The notes beneath the pieces are model-generated. The model had not been told where the DNA came from. It was given only the letters and a program-made list of their open reading frames with translations, and made no database searches. Position numbers and translations under genes: made by a program. A stretch of 64,000 nt of DNA from Nitrospirota bacterium (GTDB taxonomy: Bacteria; Nitrospirota; UBA9217), in assembly GCA_963741205.1 (NCBI GenBank), contig CAVUHW010000013.1, forward strand, positions 64,001 through 128,000, written 5' to 3'. Shown one piece after another: positions 26,944 through 39,783 of this stretch. The first letter of the stretch is position 1. The number at the start of each line of letters is the position of its first letter.

Positions 26944-29034
26944 GTGGCTAGGCAGTATTCACTTGAAAATACACGAAACATCGGTATTATGGCTCACATC
27001 GACGCCGGGAAAACGACGACGACCGAGCGCATTCTCTATTATACCGGTGTGTCCTATAAGATCGGCGAAGTGCACGACGGTACCGCGGTCATGGACTGGA
27101 TGGTTCAGGAGCAGGAACGCGGCATCACCATCACCTCTGCTGCGACGACCTGCTTCTGGCGGGACAAGCGAATCAATATCATCGACACTCCCGGCCACGT
27201 CGATTTTACCATCGAAGTGGAGCGCTCACTTCGCGTGCTCGACGGTGCAGTGGCGGCATTCGACTCGGTGAGCGGCGTAGAGCCCCAGTCCGAGACGGTC
27301 TGGCGTCAGGCTGACAAGTATAAAGTTCCCCGGATTGCGTTCATGAATAAGATGGATCGCATCGGCGCGGACTTTTACGTGAGCGTGCAGTCTATGATCG
27401 ACCGGCTCGGCGCGAACGCAGTGCCGATCCAGCTTCCCATTGGCGCTGAAGACAAGTTTCGCGGGTGCATTGACCTCGTGAAGATGAAGGCCGTCCTGTT
27501 CGACGACGAGACCCTCGGCGCAAAATATGTGGTTGAAGATATCCCGGCCGAACTCCTCCCCAAGGCAAAAGAGTACCGGGAGAAAATGATCGAGAAGATC
27601 GCCGACGCTGACGACGTCGTGATGGATAAGTTCCTGAACGGCGAGCAGCCGACGGAAGCTGAAATCATGACAGCGATCCGCAAAGGCACGATCGCAATGA
27701 CCATTTTCCCGGTCATCTGCGGTTCGGCATTCAAGAATAAAGGCGTACAGCTTCTCCTCGATGCGGTGGTGGACTACCTCCCGTCTCCCCTGGACATCCC
27801 TCCGGTCACCGGCATTGGACCTAAGGGAGAGGAAGTAGTTCGCACTGCCTCCGACAGCGAGCCTTTTGCAGGCATAGCGTTCAAGATCATGACCGATCCG
27901 TTTGTGGGGCAGCTCACGTTCGTCCGGGTCTATTCCGGTACGCTGACCTCCGGGTCGTACGTATACAACTCGACCAAAGGGACCAGAGAGCGTGTCGGCA
28001 GGTTGCTCAAAATGCACGCGAACAAGCGCGAAGAGATCGAGCAGATATATTCAGGCGATATTTGTGCGGCTGTCGGACTTAAGAGCACGCTCACGGGGCA
28101 TACGCTCTGTGATGAAAACAAACCCGTGATCTTGGAAGCGATGGTTTTCCCGGAACCGGTGATCTCCGTGGCCATCGAGCCCAAGACCAAGGCAGACCAG
28201 GAAAGGCTTGGCTTCTCGCTCCAGAAGCTCATGCAGGAAGACCCGTCGTTCCGCGTGATGACCGATCAGGAGACGGGGCAGGTCATCATCTCAGGCATGG
28301 GAGAGCTTCATCTGGAGATCATCGTCGACCGCCTTTTACGCGAGTTTAAGGTTGATGCGAACGTGGGTAAACCCCAGGTGGCGTACCGAGAAACGATCAA
28401 GAAGAAAGTTGTCGCAGAAGGCAAGTTCATTCGCCAATCAGGCGGACGCGGTCAATACGGCCATGTGGTTCTCGAGCTCGAGCCTCAGGAGCCAGGAAAA
28501 GGCTTCGAGTTCGTGAACAAGACCGTGGGCGGCTCGGTTCCCAAGGAATATGTGGGGCCGACCCAGAAGGGTATTGAAGAGGCCATGGAAAACGGCGTAC
28601 TCGCCGGGTATCCCGTGGTTGATATGAAAGTTACCCTCATCGACGGCTCTTATCATGATGTCGACTCCTCGGAAATGGCCTTTAAGATCGCCGGCTCCAT
28701 GGGATTCAAGGAAGGCGCTGCAAAGGCCAATCCGACATTGCTCGAACCGATCATGGCAGTCGAAGTCGTGTGCGCCGAGGAATACATGGGAGACATCATC
28801 GGCGACCTCAGCTCCCGCCGCGGCCGGGTGCAGGGCATGAACATGAGAGGGGCGGGACGGGTCATCACGGCGCAGGTGCCGCTCTCGGAGATGTTCGGTT
28901 ACGCGACGGATATCAGGTCCAAGACCCAGGGTCGTGCTACCTACACCATGCAGTTCGCCCACTATGAAGAAGTACCGAAAAACATATCAGAGCAGATAAT
29001 CGCAAAAGTAAAAGGCGAAGCTGTTAAGAAATAA
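26944..29034 (+). CDS. fusA: elongation factor G
   Basis: [29 protein letters not shown]. Confidence 0.99.
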   Translation: MARQYSLENTRNIGIMAHIDAGKTTTTERILYYTGVSYKIGEVHDGTAVMDWMVQEQERGITITSAATTCFWRDKRINIIDTPGHVDFTIEVERSLRVLDGAVAAFDSVSGVEPQSETVWRQADKYKVPRIAFMNKMDRIGADFYVSVQSMIDRLGANAVPIQLPIGAEDKFRGCIDLVKMKAVLFDDETLGAKYVVEDIPAELLPKAKEYREKMIEKIADADDVVMDKFLNGEQPTEAEIMTAIRKGTIAMTIFPVICGSAFKNKGVQLLLDAVVDYLPSPLDIPPVTGIGPKGEEVVRTASDSEPFAGIAFKIMTDPFVGQLTFVRVYSGTLTSGSYVYNSTKGTRERVGRLLKMHANKREEIEQIYSGDICAAVGLKSTLTGHTLCDENKPVILEAMVFPEPVISVAIEPKTKADQERLGFSLQKLMQEDPSFRVMTDQETGQVIISGMGELHLEIIVDRLLREFKVDANVGKPQVAYRETIKKKVVAEGKFIRQSGGRGQYGHVVLELEPQEPGKGFEFVNKTVGGSVPKEYVGPTQKGIEEAMENGVLAGYPVVDMKVTLIDGSYHDVDSSEMAFKIAGSMGFKEGAAKANPTLLEPIMAVEVVCAEEYMGDIIGDLSSRRGRVQGMNMRGAGRVITAQVPLSEMFGYATDIRSKTQGRATYTMQFAHYEEVPKNISEQIIAKVKGEAVKK

Positions 29035-29087
29035 TAAAGTTCACCAGTTTAAATTAGATTTACACTTCCTGAGAGGAGGCGGACAGC

Positions 29088-30289
<1,202 letters not shown>

Positions 30290-30306
30290 GAGAGAAGGGA
30301 TACAAC

Positions 30307-30612
30307 GTGACACAGAAGATCAGGATACGATTAAAAGGATACGACCACAGGCTGCTGGACCAGTCCGCACTTGAGATCATGGATACGGCAAAGAGGACCG
30401 GGGCAAAGGTGTCCGGGCCGATTCCGCTTCCGACCAGGATCAATCGCTGGACCGTCTTGCGCTCTCCGCACGTGGACAAAAAATCCCGTGAGCAATTTGA
30501 GATCAGGACGCACAAACGGCTGATGGACATACTGGATCCTACCCCGCAGACAGTTGATGCGCTCATGAAGCTTGATCTGGCGGCAGGGGTTGACGTGGAA
30601 ATCAAGCTGTAG
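30307..30612 (+). CDS. rpsJ: 30S ribosomal protein S10
   Basis: [16 protein letters not shown]...[14 protein letters not shown]. Confidence 0.98.
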   Translation: MTQKIRIRLKGYDHRLLDQSALEIMDTAKRTGAKVSGPIPLPTRINRWTVLRSPHVDKKSREQFEIRTHKRLMDILDPTPQTVDALMKLDLAAGVDVEIKL

Positions 30613-30684
30613 TACTGAAACCAGACCGCGAAAGGATTGGTCGGTACGATCAGAGTATCCTTGAGTCGGATGAAGGGATAGGCA

Positions 30685-31299
30685 ATGAGCAAGGGAATTA
30701 TAGGAAAAAAGATCGGCATGAGCCAGCAGTTCAGCGGCGGCGAACTCATCCCGGTGACCGTGATTCAGGCAGGCCCCTGCACCGTGGTTCAGAAGAAGAC
30801 CGCGGGGAAAGACGGCTACGACTCCGTGCAGCTCGCTTTCGTTGAGGAGAAAAAGAAGGAGAGGGTGACGAAGGCAATGGCTGGTCACTTTCAGAAGGCG
30901 AACATGCAGCCGCACCGGTTTCTTCGTGAATTCCGCACTGCGGAGTTCGAGCAAGGGCAGGTCGTCACCGTGGATATTTTTACGAAGGGCGAACGCATTG
31001 CCGTAAGCGGTGTGAGCAAAGGAAAAGGGTTCGCCGGCGTGATGAAGCGGCACCAGTTTGCCGGCGGTCCCGGCGGCCACGGCTCCATGTTTAACCGCAG
31101 ACCGGGATCCATAGGCGCCAGCGCCTACCCGTCGCGGGTATGGCCGGGCAAAAAACTGCCGGGGCACATGGGTGTGGTGAATGTCACGCTTAAGAATATA
31201 GAGATTGTAGAGGTACGTCCGGACCAGAACCTGCTGTTTGTCCGCGGAGCAGTTCCGGGCGGAGCGAATGGACTCGTCCTTATCTATAAGGCTGATTAA
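30685..31299 (+). CDS. rplC: 50S ribosomal protein L3
   Basis: [20 protein letters not shown]. Confidence 0.98.
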   Translation: MSKGIIGKKIGMSQQFSGGELIPVTVIQAGPCTVVQKKTAGKDGYDSVQLAFVEEKKKERVTKAMAGHFQKANMQPHRFLREFRTAEFEQGQVVTVDIFTKGERIAVSGVSKGKGFAGVMKRHQFAGGPGGHGSMFNRRPGSIGASAYPSRVWPGKKLPGHMGVVNVTLKNIEIVEVRPDQNLLFVRGAVPGGANGLVLIYKAD

Positions 31300-31324
31300 C
31301 AGCGAGAAGTAGAGGAAAGCTAAA

Positions 31325-31948
31325 ATGCCGTCAGTCTCAATGGTAGACCAAAACAACAAAAAAGTGAAGGATGTAGAACTCCCGAACCTGTTCTCCGCGG
31401 AAGTTCGTCCCTACCTCATGCACGCAGCTGTTGTCAATCAGTTGGCGAACAGGAGAGCCGGGACCGCAGCCACCAAGAACAAGGCGCTGGTTAGCGGTGG
31501 CGGGAAAAAACCCTTCAAGCAGAAGGGGACGGGCAGGGCCCGCGCCGGTAGCAACCGCTCTCCGTTGTGGCGGCATGGGGGCACGGTCTTCGGACCCACG
31601 CCGAGAGATTATTCCTACGCTCTTCCGAAAAAGGCCAAACGGGCGGCACTCATCGATGCCATCACGTCCAAGGTCGCCGAGAACAGGATGATCCTGGTAA
31701 ACAGTCTTGAGCTCGCTGAGCCCAAGACCAGACTGGTATCGTCGATGCTCGAAAACCTCGGGGTGCAGGAAAACGCGCTTGTACTCATCACCGGCGAGAA
31801 CAAAAACCTGAGGCTGGCTGCACGGAATATTCCATCGGTAAAAGTGTTGAAGATGGACAATATCAACGTATATGACCTGCTCAAGTATCGGTACCTCATT
31901 ACCACGCAGGATTCTTTGAATATGATGCAGGAGGTATACGGCAAATGA
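31325..31948 (+). CDS. rplD: 50S ribosomal protein L4
   Basis: KQKGTGRARAGS.RSP. Confidence 0.98.
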   Translation: MPSVSMVDQNNKKVKDVELPNLFSAEVRPYLMHAAVVNQLANRRAGTAATKNKALVSGGGKKPFKQKGTGRARAGSNRSPLWRHGGTVFGPTPRDYSYALPKKAKRAALIDAITSKVAENRMILVNSLELAEPKTRLVSSMLENLGVQENALVLITGENKNLRLAARNIPSVKVLKMDNINVYDLLKYRYLITTQDSLNMMQEVYGK

Positions 31949-32238
31949 CGACTGATTTTTATGACATCATCCGTGTGCCGAGGATAACCGAGAAGGGCGC
32001 CCGTCTGAAGGAGAAAAACAACGTATTGACCTTTGAAGTCAAGGTCGATGCAAACAAGGTGCAGGTGAAGAAGGCGGTCGAAGGTATTTTTAAAGTCAAG
32101 GTCGCCGACATCACTACGGTAAAGAATGCAGGCAAGAAAAAGCGTGTCGGAACGCGGTTGGGCCGCAGGTCCGACTGGAAAAAAGCATACGTGACGCTGA
32201 AGCCTGGTGAAAAGATCGATATCTTTGAGGGTGCGTAA
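31945..32238 (+). CDS. rplW: 50S ribosomal protein L23
   Basis: PRITEK, WKKAYVTL. Confidence 0.97.
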   Translation: MTTDFYDIIRVPRITEKGARLKEKNNVLTFEVKVDANKVQVKKAVEGIFKVKVADITTVKNAGKKKRVGTRLGRRSDWKKAYVTLKPGEKIDIFEGA

Positions 32239-33066
32239 ATGCCGGTAAAGTCCTATAATCCAACGTCTCCGGGAAGACGGTTCCAGACAACCTCGACGTT
32301 CGACGAGGTTACGCGCAGCAGGCCGGAGAAATCGCTGCTCGTGAAGATCAGCCAGAGCGGCGGTAGAAATAACCGCGGCAAGGTGACTGTTCGTTACCGC
32401 GGCGGCTGGCACAAGAAAAAATACAGGATAATCGACTTCAGACGTGATAAAGTCGGCGTTCCTGCAAAGGTCGCGGAGATCGAGTACGATCCGAACAGGT
32501 CTGCGCGCATCGCTCTCCTTCATTATACCGACGGCGAGAAGCGTTATATCATCGCCCCGCTCGGTTTAAAGGTGGGAGACGGCGTAATGTCCGGTCCCGA
32601 TGCCGACATCAAGACCGGGAATGCGCTCCCGATGACCGCGATCCCCGTTGGTACGATCCTCCATAACGTCGAGCTAAAAAAAGGCGCAGGTGGCCAGCTT
32701 GCCCGGAGCGCCGGCTCATCGGTACAGCTTCTAGCGCGGGAAGGCGAGTACGCTACGCTGCGGCTGAACTCGGGGGAAGTTCGCATGGTCCGCTCCGAGT
32801 GCATGGCGACGATCGGTCAGGTGGGTAACCTGGATCATGAGAATATCAGCATCGGCAAGGCCGGCAGGGCCCGCTGGATGGGGATGCGTCCGAGGGTCCG
32901 CGGTGTGGCGAAGAACCCGGTTGACCACCCCCTCGGAGGCGGCGAGGGAAAATCCTCGGGCGGAAGACCGGGTTGCTCGCCCTGGGGCCTTCCGGACGGG
33001 ACAAAGACCAGACATAATAAAGTAACGAACAAGTATATTATCACCAGAAGAACGAAGAGCAGGTAA
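32239..33066 (+). CDS. rplB: 50S ribosomal protein L2
   Basis: [25 protein letters not shown]. Confidence 0.98.
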   Translation: MPVKSYNPTSPGRRFQTTSTFDEVTRSRPEKSLLVKISQSGGRNNRGKVTVRYRGGWHKKKYRIIDFRRDKVGVPAKVAEIEYDPNRSARIALLHYTDGEKRYIIAPLGLKVGDGVMSGPDADIKTGNALPMTAIPVGTILHNVELKKGAGGQLARSAGSSVQLLAREGEYATLRLNSGEVRMVRSECMATIGQVGNLDHENISIGKAGRARWMGMRPRVRGVAKNPVDHPLGGGEGKSSGGRPGCSPWGLPDGTKTRHNKVTNKYIITRRTKSR

Positions 33067-33159
33067 GGGTAGGGCAAATTCGAAATCTTAAACCCGAAAT
33101 TCTAAACAATGAGAATCGAGAAATTAGAGTTTCGGATTTGATCCAAGCTGGAGGGTACG

Positions 33160-33450
33160 GTGCCGAGATCAGTAAAAAAAGGCCCTTTTATCGACAAGAG
33201 CCTCATGAAGAGAATAGAGACCATGAATGCAGCCGGTGAAAAGAAGATCGTGAAAACGTGGTCTCGAAGGTCGATGATTACGCCAGAATTCGTGGGCCAC
33301 ACCATGGCGGTGCATAACGGCAGGAAGTTTATTCCTGTGTACGTCAGTGAGAACATGGTCGGCCACAAGCTCGGAGAATTTTCGCCGACTCGGACATTCA
33401 AGGCGCACGGCGGATCAAAGGCAGCAGAAAAGGCGAGCGCCCCTAAGTAG
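33160..33450 (+). CDS. rpsS: 30S ribosomal protein S19
   Basis: [20 protein letters not shown]. Confidence 0.98.
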   Translation: MPRSVKKGPFIDKSLMKRIETMNAAGEKKIVKTWSRRSMITPEFVGHTMAVHNGRKFIPVYVSENMVGHKLGEFSPTRTFKAHGGSKAAEKASAPK

Positions 33451-33489
33451 GATGCGTCTCACTCCGTTCATGAGAAAGAGGATAGTGCC

Positions 33490-33819
33490 ATGGAAGCAAG
33501 CGCTACAGTCAGACATATACGCATCACGCCGCGCAAGGCGAGACAGGTAATCGACCTTATCCGGGGTAAGATGGTGGGAGACGCCGTTAATATTCTCACC
33601 TTTACGCCGCTCCACGCCGCACGGATTGTCAAAAAGCTCCTTGATTCGGCGGTGGCTAATGCTGAGCAGAAGAAGGTTGGCGATTTGGACACGCTCAAGG
33701 TGACCAAGGCTTATGTAAACCAGGGAGTCACCATGAAACGGATGCGGGCGCGGGCAATGGGCCGCGGCAATGTGATCAGGAAGAGGACCAGCCACATAAC
33801 GCTGGTGCTTTCAGCATAG
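33490..33819 (+). CDS. rplV: 50S ribosomal protein L22
   Basis: [21 protein letters not shown]. Confidence 0.98.
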   Translation: MEASATVRHIRITPRKARQVIDLIRGKMVGDAVNILTFTPLHAARIVKKLLDSAVANAEQKKVGDLDTLKVTKAYVNQGVTMKRMRARAMGRGNVIRKRTSHITLVLSA

Positions 33820-33838
33820 GATAGTTAACGGAGGCGGC

Positions 33839-34483
33839 ATGGGACAAAAGGTACATCCGATCGGGTTTCGGCTCGGGATCATCAAAACGTGGGATTCCCG
33901 CTGGTTTTCACAGAAGAACTATGCAGCGCTTCTGCATGAGGATATCAAGATACGCAAGATTGTAAAAGAGCGGCTTATGCATGCGGGCGTTGCGAAGGTT
34001 GAAATAGAGCGGGCAGGCCAGAAGGCGAAGATCAACATCCACACTGCACGTCCCGGCATTATCATCGGCAAAAAAGGCGCTGAGGTGGACAAGCTCAAAA
34101 AGGACCTCGAAGCGATGACCGGCAAGCAGATGTACATCAATATCCAGGAAATCAGACGTCCGGAATTAGATGCGCAACTTGTGGCTGAGAACATCGCCCT
34201 GCAGCTGGAACGCCGTATAGCGTTTCGAAGGGCTATGAAGAAGGCTGTCACTTCGGCGCTCCGCCTCGGCGCGCAGGGCATCAAGATCACCTGCGCGGGA
34301 CGCCTGGCAGGCGCGGAAATTGCGCGAACCGAGTGGTATCGTGAGGGGCGGGTTCCGCTGCACACACTGCGCGCAGATATCAACTATGGTTTCTTTGAGG
34401 CAAAGACAACGATGGGCCAGATAGGTGTCAAGGTCTGGATTTACCGCGGAGACGTTCTCCAGAAGCCCACTACCGCGGCATAA
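33839..34483 (+). CDS. rpsC: 30S ribosomal protein S3
   Basis: [25 protein letters not shown]. Confidence 0.98.
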   Translation: MGQKVHPIGFRLGIIKTWDSRWFSQKNYAALLHEDIKIRKIVKERLMHAGVAKVEIERAGQKAKINIHTARPGIIIGKKGAEVDKLKKDLEAMTGKQMYINIQEIRRPELDAQLVAENIALQLERRIAFRRAMKKAVTSALRLGAQGIKITCAGRLAGAEIARTEWYREGRVPLHTLRADINYGFFEAKTTMGQIGVKVWIYRGDVLQKPTTAA

Positions 34484-34525
34484 GTGCAAGGCAAAACGAT
34501 TACGAGCGATTAAAGGACTGTCATC

Positions 34526-34942
34526 ATGTTAGCACCCAAACGAGTCAAACACAGGAAGATGCATAAGGGAAGAATGAAGGGTACTGCCTACCGCGGCGCG
34601 GAAGTAAGCTACGGTGAATTCGGGCTGAAGGTCCTGGAACCCGGATGGATCACGAGCAGACAGATAGAGGCAGCGCGCATTGCCATGACCCGTTACGTAA
34701 AGCGGGGCGGTAAGATATGGATAAGAATTTTCCCCGACAAGCCAATAACGAAAAAGCCGGCTGAAACCCGCATGGGAAAAGGCAAGGGAGCGCCTGAGTA
34801 CTGGGTTGCGGTCGTGAAACCGGGACGGGTGCTCTACGAGATGGGCGGCGTTGACGAGTCTGTCGCGAGAGAAGCGTTCCGGTTGGCAGCTTACAAACTG
34901 CCGATTGCGACGAAGTTTGTCTCCCGGGAGGCCGAAATATGA
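34526..34942 (+). CDS. rplP: 50S ribosomal protein L16
   Basis: [16 protein letters not shown]. Confidence 0.98.
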   Translation: MLAPKRVKHRKMHKGRMKGTAYRGAEVSYGEFGLKVLEPGWITSRQIEAARIAMTRYVKRGGKIWIRIFPDKPITKKPAETRMGKGKGAPEYWVAVVKPGRVLYEMGGVDESVAREAFRLAAYKLPIATKFVSREAEI

Positions 34943-35139
34943 AAATACGTGCGCGGGAATTGCGTGATCTGTCGAACGACGAGTTACAGGTCAAGGCGGT
35001 TGAACTCAAGAAGGAGTTGTTCAACCTCCGGGTCCAGCAGGCGATGGGCCAGATCGAAAATCCGATGCGCCTCAGGACGTTGCGGAAGGATATCGCAAAA
35101 GCAAAAACGGTGTTAAAGGAAAAATATGGAAGAGTCTAA
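34939..35139 (+). CDS. rpmC: 50S ribosomal protein L29
   Basis: ELFNLR.Q..GQ.ENP...RKDIA. Confidence 0.96.
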   Translation: MKIRARELRDLSNDELQVKAVELKKELFNLRVQQAMGQIENPMRLRTLRKDIAKAKTVLKEKYGRV

Positions 35140-35383
35140 AAAGAGAAAAGCCTACATCGGGCAGGTCATCAGCGATAAAATGGACAAGACGGTCGTGCTG
35201 GCGGTAACGAGACGCATCTCGCATGCCCGATACGGAAAAACAATCAAACGCACCACCAAGTTCAAGGCCCATGACGAAAAGAATGAGTGCAAAGTCGGCG
35301 ATGTAGTGCGGTTTATCGAGACCCGGCCCCTCTCCAAGGAAAAGCGGTGGAAGGTGCTGGAGATCATTGAGAAGGCCATATAA
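35126..35383 (+). CDS. rpsQ: 30S ribosomal protein S17
   Basis: [18 protein letters not shown]. Confidence 0.97.
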   Translation: MEESKKRKAYIGQVISDKMDKTVVLAVTRRISHARYGKTIKRTTKFKAHDEKNECKVGDVVRFIETRPLSKEKRWKVLEIIEKAI

Positions 35384-35419
35384 ATTCAAGGACGAAAAAT
35401 CTTCGTAGAGGATTGAGAT

Positions 35420-35788
35420 ATGATTCAGCAGCAGACGGTATTGGACGTTGCCGATAACTCCGGCGCAAAAAAAGTGATGTGCATAAAGGTCCTGGGCGGG
35501 ACGCGCAAACGCTATGCGACTCTCGGCGACGTAATCGTCGTAGCGATCAAGATGGCGATCCCTGAAGGGCAGGTTAAAAAAGGGACGGTAGCCAAGGCCG
35601 TGGTCGTTCGCACGACGAAGGAAGTGCGGCGGCAGGACGGTTCGTACATCAAGTTCGACCGCAATGCTGCCGTCTTGATCAACAATGCGAACGAGCCGAT
35701 CGGGACGCGCATCTTCGGACCTGTCGCCCGTGAGCTCCGCAAGAAGAACTTTATGAAGATTATTTCACTGGCGCCTGAAGTGCTGTAG
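35420..35788 (+). CDS. rplN: 50S ribosomal protein L14
   Basis: [20 protein letters not shown]. Confidence 0.98.
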   Translation: MIQQQTVLDVADNSGAKKVMCIKVLGGTRKRYATLGDVIVVAIKMAIPEGQVKKGTVAKAVVVRTTKEVRRQDGSYIKFDRNAAVLINNANEPIGTRIFGPVARELRKKNFMKIISLAPEVL

Positions 35789-35833
35789 AGACGCACAAAG
35801 ATGCCAGCTTAACGAAAAGCAGGAATAGAGGCC

Positions 35834-36145
35834 ATGCAGATAAAGAAAAATGATAATGTGATGGTGATCTCCGGCAAGGAGAAAGGGAAGCGCGGCAGGG
35901 TCATTGCCGTTTATCCCTCGAAGAACAGGCTGTTGGTGGAAAAACTCAACATGATCAAACGGCATACACGACCCAACCAGCAACTCAGGCAGGGGGGCAT
36001 CGTAGAGAAGGAAAGCCCGATCTCGGTCGCGAACGTGCAACTGATCTGCTCGAAATGCAATAAGCCTACCGCGGTATCGCGGCAAGATCAAGGTGACGGT
36101 TCCCGCGTTCGGGTGTGTAAGACCTGCAACGAGACTCTTGATTAG
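35834..36145 (+). CDS. rplX: 50S ribosomal protein L24
   Basis: ISGKEKGKRG, GGIVEKESPI. Confidence 0.97.
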   Translation: MQIKKNDNVMVISGKEKGKRGRVIAVYPSKNRLLVEKLNMIKRHTRPNQQLRQGGIVEKESPISVANVQLICSKCNKPTAVSRQDQGDGSRVRVCKTCNETLD

Positions 36146-36199
36146 GTCGCATCTTCAGCTTGGTCCGACATTCAGATGATAAAACAGGAAAATTGATCT

Positions 36200-36904
36200 A
36201 TGGCAGATAAAAAAGACAAAACCCAAGAGACAAAAGGCGGCGACCAAAAGAAGTCGGCTGCCAAGGCGCCTAAGGCGGCTGCGAAATCAAAGGCCCCGGC
36301 GGGTGCAAAAAAGGAAGTGGCTCAAGCGGAGGGCGGCAAAAAAAGTGCTCCCGAGAAGATCCCGACTCCCCGCCTGAAGCAGCGGTATCATGAAGTCGCG
36401 GTCCCCGCGCTCATGAAGGAGTTTCAGTACAAGAACCCCATGCAGGCGCCGAAGCTCGTCAAGGTGGTCCTGAATATGGGGATGGGAGAGGCAATTGCCA
36501 ATGCAAAGGCCCTCGACCACGCCGCAGAGGAAATGGCGAAGATTTCGGGGCAGCGGCCCGTTATTACCCGCGCCAAGAAGTCCATTGCTACGTATAAACT
36601 GAGAGAAGGGATGGCGATCGGATGCATGGTAACGCTCAGGCGCGAACGCATGTTCGAGTTTCTTGACCGGTTCATCAGCGCGGCGCTTCCCCGAATCAGG
36701 GACTTCAAGGGAATTTCGGCAAAGTCTTTTGACGGTAGAGGAAACTATTCTCTGGGGATAAAGGAACAAGTAATCTTCCCGGAAATCGATATTGACAAGG
36801 TGGACTCGATCCACGGCATGGATATCGTGATTGTTACGACGGCCAAGACCGATGAGGAAGGCAGGGCATTGCTCAGCCACCTGGGGATGCCGTACCGGAA
36901 GTAG
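36200..36904 (+). CDS. rplE: 50S ribosomal protein L5 with Lys/Ala-rich N-terminal extension
   Basis: [25 protein letters not shown]. Confidence 0.97.
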   Translation: MADKKDKTQETKGGDQKKSAAKAPKAAAKSKAPAGAKKEVAQAEGGKKSAPEKIPTPRLKQRYHEVAVPALMKEFQYKNPMQAPKLVKVVLNMGMGEAIANAKALDHAAEEMAKISGQRPVITRAKKSIATYKLREGMAIGCMVTLRRERMFEFLDRFISAALPRIRDFKGISAKSFDGRGNYSLGIKEQVIFPEIDIDKVDSIHGMDIVIVTTAKTDEEGRALLSHLGMPYRK

Positions 36905-36935
36905 TCCGGACGGAACCGGACATGACGGAGGAATG

Positions 36936-37121
36936 ATGGCAAAGAAGTCACTGATAGCGAAGGCGCAGAGACCCGCAAAGTTCAAAGTTCGGACCTACCA
37001 CCGCTGCCCGCTGTGCGGACGGTCACGGGGGTACTTGAGGAAGTTTGACATGTGCAGGATCTGTTTTAGGAACCGGGCGCTTCGGGGAGAGATCCCGGGC
37101 GTGATTAAGGCAAGCTGGTAA
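36936..37121 (+). CDS. rpsZ: 30S ribosomal protein S14 (type Z, Zn-binding)
   Basis: 61 aa with RCPLCGR and MCRICFR. Confidence 0.96.
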   Translation: MAKKSLIAKAQRPAKFKVRTYHRCPLCGRSRGYLRKFDMCRICFRNRALRGEIPGVIKASW

Positions 37122-37141
37122 ACAATAAGGGGTTAGAACCA

Positions 37142-37537
37142 ATGATGACCGATCCGATCGCGGATATGTTAACGCGTATTCGCAACGCCAGTAAGGCAAA
37201 GCATGAAAAAGTAGACATTCCTTCATCAAAACTGAAGATAGAGATTGCAAAAATCCTCAAGGATGAGGGATTTGTCAAGAACGTGAAGCTGGTGAAGGAC
37301 CGCCGGCAAGGCTTGATCCGTGTCTACCTTAAATATACCGACGAGGAGCTTCCGGTTATTCAGGGCCTGAAGCGGGTAAGCAGGCCAGGTTGCCGCGTCT
37401 ACGCTGGCAACGACGCCATTCCCAAGGTCTTGGCCGGCCTCGGCACGGCGATCCTGTCGACACCGAAGGGCATACAGACCGGGAGACAGGCGAAAAAAGA
37501 TAAAGTCGGTGGAGAAGTTCTCTGCCACGTGTGGTAA
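37142..37537 (+). CDS. rpsH: 30S ribosomal protein S8
   Basis: [21 protein letters not shown]. Confidence 0.98.
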   Translation: MMTDPIADMLTRIRNASKAKHEKVDIPSSKLKIEIAKILKDEGFVKNVKLVKDRRQGLIRVYLKYTDEELPVIQGLKRVSRPGCRVYAGNDAIPKVLAGLGTAILSTPKGIQTGRQAKKDKVGGEVLCHVW

Positions 37538-37582
37538 GTATCAAACAGTGAAATCGTCCTCTAGAAGAGTGTAGGAGCTGTC

Positions 37583-38131
37583 ATGTCGAGGGTTGGAAAA
37601 AAACCGATAGATATTCCCTCCGGAGTCGAGGCGAAGCTCGAAACCGGCAAGATTACCGTGAAGGGTCCGCTGGGCGAAATTGTCCAGGCTGTGAATCCGA
37701 AACTGTTGATCAAGAAAGAAAATAACAAGCTGCTCGTTGAGCGCCCGTCAAACCAGAAGGTGTACCGGGAACTGCACGGATTAACGAGAAACCTGATCGC
37801 CAATATGGTGACCGGGGTCAGCAAGGGATATGAAAAGACCCTTGAAATTACCGGCGTCGGATTCAAGGCATCGGCGCAGGGGTCAAACCTGATGCTGAAC
37901 CTCGGCTTCTCCCATCCGATCATGTATCCTATGCCGAAGGGTATCAAGGCGACGGTGGACCCCAAGCAGACGCTGATCACCCTGAAGGGCGTCGACAAGC
38001 AGCTCGTCGGTCAGATCGCCGCGAATCTGAGAAGTTTGAAGAAACCCGAACCGTATAAGGGGAAGGGCATCAAGTACGGCGGCGAAGTAATTCACCGCAA
38101 AGAAGGCAAGGCTGGCAAGGGCGGGAAATAA
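37583..38131 (+). CDS. rplF: 50S ribosomal protein L6
   Basis: MSRVGKKPI, PEPYKGKGIKY. Confidence 0.98.
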   Translation: MSRVGKKPIDIPSGVEAKLETGKITVKGPLGEIVQAVNPKLLIKKENNKLLVERPSNQKVYRELHGLTRNLIANMVTGVSKGYEKTLEITGVGFKASAQGSNLMLNLGFSHPIMYPMPKGIKATVDPKQTLITLKGVDKQLVGQIAANLRSLKKPEPYKGKGIKYGGEVIHRKEGKAGKGGK

Positions 38132-38192
38132 TTAAATTTCGGATTGTGGACTGCGGAATGAAGAAGTAAATTCCCATTCCATAACTGGCGGG

Positions 38193-38567
38193 ATGGAGCG
38201 AACTGTGGCACAGAGCAAATTAAAGTCAAGACAGAGAAGGCACGAAAGAATCAGGAAAAAAGTGTTCGGCACGGCGAGCAAACCGAGGCTGAGCGTGTTT
38301 AAGAGTCTGAGCCATATCTACGCACAGCTTATCGACGATACGGCGGGGAAGACGCTCATTACGGCATCGACGACTGAAAAGACGGTGAAGACCGATCTCA
38401 AGCACGGCGGCAATGTTGAGGCCGCCAAGAAGGTCGGTGCGAGCATAGCCGCCCGGGCTTTGGATAAGAATATCAAGGCCGTGGTGTTTGACCGCGGGGG
38501 GTATCAGTATCACGGATGCGTCAAGGCGCTGGCGGAAGCGGCGCGTGAAAAAGGGCTCACTTTTTAG
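38193..38567 (+). CDS. rplR: 50S ribosomal protein L18
   Basis: [20 protein letters not shown]. Confidence 0.97.
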   Translation: MERTVAQSKLKSRQRRHERIRKKVFGTASKPRLSVFKSLSHIYAQLIDDTAGKTLITASTTEKTVKTDLKHGGNVEAAKKVGASIAARALDKNIKAVVFDRGGYQYHGCVKALAEAAREKGLTF

Positions 38568-38569
38568 GG

Positions 38570-39106
38570 TTGGCATTCATTTCGGAGGCGGCATTGGCAG
38601 AGCGATACGGTAATAAAGAGGCAGAAGAAGGCGACGGCCTGAAAGATAAATTGGTGTACCTGAACCGGGTGGCCAAGGTGGTGAAGGGCGGCAAACGGTT
38701 CAACTTCAGCGCACTCGTGGTCGTCGGCGACGGCAAGGGCAGGATCGGCGTGGGCAAGGGCAAAGCCGCGGAGGCGCCGGTGGCCATCAAGAAAGCCGTG
38801 GAGCGGGCCAAGAAGAGCATGGTCCTCGTCTCCCTGAAGGGGGATACGATTCCCCATGAAATACTGGGACACTACGGCGCAGGCAAGGTGTTGCTCAAGC
38901 CGGCCTCGGAAGGTACGGGATTGATCGCAGGCGGCGCAAGCAGATCAGTGCTCGAGGTCGTAGGGGTGCGGAATGTGCTCTGCAAGTCCCTCGGCTCCAG
39001 CAACCCCCATAACGTGGTCAGCGCGACGATCAACGGATTGACCAGACTGCGGACCGCCGAACAGGTGGCATCGCTTCGCGGCAAAACCGTGGAGGAGTTG
39101 GCTTAA
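38570..39106 (+). CDS. rpsE: 30S ribosomal protein S5
   Basis: [23 protein letters not shown]; start codon uncertain. Confidence 0.97.
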   Translation: MAFISEAALAERYGNKEAEEGDGLKDKLVYLNRVAKVVKGGKRFNFSALVVVGDGKGRIGVGKGKAAEAPVAIKKAVERAKKSMVLVSLKGDTIPHEILGHYGAGKVLLKPASEGTGLIAGGASRSVLEVVGVRNVLCKSLGSSNPHNVVSATINGLTRLRTAEQVASLRGKTVEELA

Positions 39107-39107
39107 C

Positions 39108-39308
39108 ATGGTGAAGAGCGATGCGAAACAACTGAAAATTACGCTTGTGAAGAGCGGAATAGCCCGCCCGGGCAAACATAAGGTCGTCCTTATCGGACTG
39201 GGTCTCAAAAAACTCAACAAATCAGTGGTGCGCCAGGATACCCCCGAAATTCGCGGGATGATCAATAAGGTAAGTCACTTGATCCAGGTTGAAGAAGTAA
39301 AAAACTAA
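39108..39308 (+). CDS. rpmD: 50S ribosomal protein L30
   Basis: [24 protein letters not shown]. Confidence 0.96.
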   Translation: MVKSDAKQLKITLVKSGIARPGKHKVVLIGLGLKKLNKSVVRQDTPEIRGMINKVSHLIQVEEVKN

Positions 39309-39339
39309 ATCGCAGGGTTCAAGCGTGGGATCGTATACT

Positions 39340-39780
39340 ATGAGATTAGAAGATTTAAAGCCTGTAAAAGGGTCAACAAAAAAAACAAAAAGGGTCGGCA
39401 GAGGAGTGGGCTCCGGTTCCGGAAAAACCTCCGGCAAGGGCCATAAGGGGCAGAAGGCCCGTTCGGGCGGCGTCAAAGGCGCAGGATTTGAAGGCGGCCA
39501 GATGCCCCTTCAGCGCAGGATCCCGAAACGAGGTTTCACCAATATTTTCCGGAAGGAATACGCCATTGTTAATCTGTCTGACCTCGATAAAATCGCAGGC
39601 TCCGAGCCGGTCACGCCGGAAATGCTCATGCAGAACGGCCTGATCAAGGATATGAAGAAGGGCGTCAAGGTGCTCGGCATGGGGGAACTTAAATCCAAGC
39701 TTACGGTCCGCGCCCATAAGTTCAGTAAAAGCGCTCTTGATAAAATACAGGCCGCAGGCGGCAAGGCCGAGGTGATATAA
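39340..39780 (+). CDS. rplO: 50S ribosomal protein L15
   Basis: [26 protein letters not shown]. Confidence 0.98.
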   Translation: MRLEDLKPVKGSTKKTKRVGRGVGSGSGKTSGKGHKGQKARSGGVKGAGFEGGQMPLQRRIPKRGFTNIFRKEYAIVNLSDLDKIAGSEPVTPEMLMQNGLIKDMKKGVKVLGMGELKSKLTVRAHKFSKSALDKIQAAGGKAEVI

Positions 39781-39783
39781 CCC

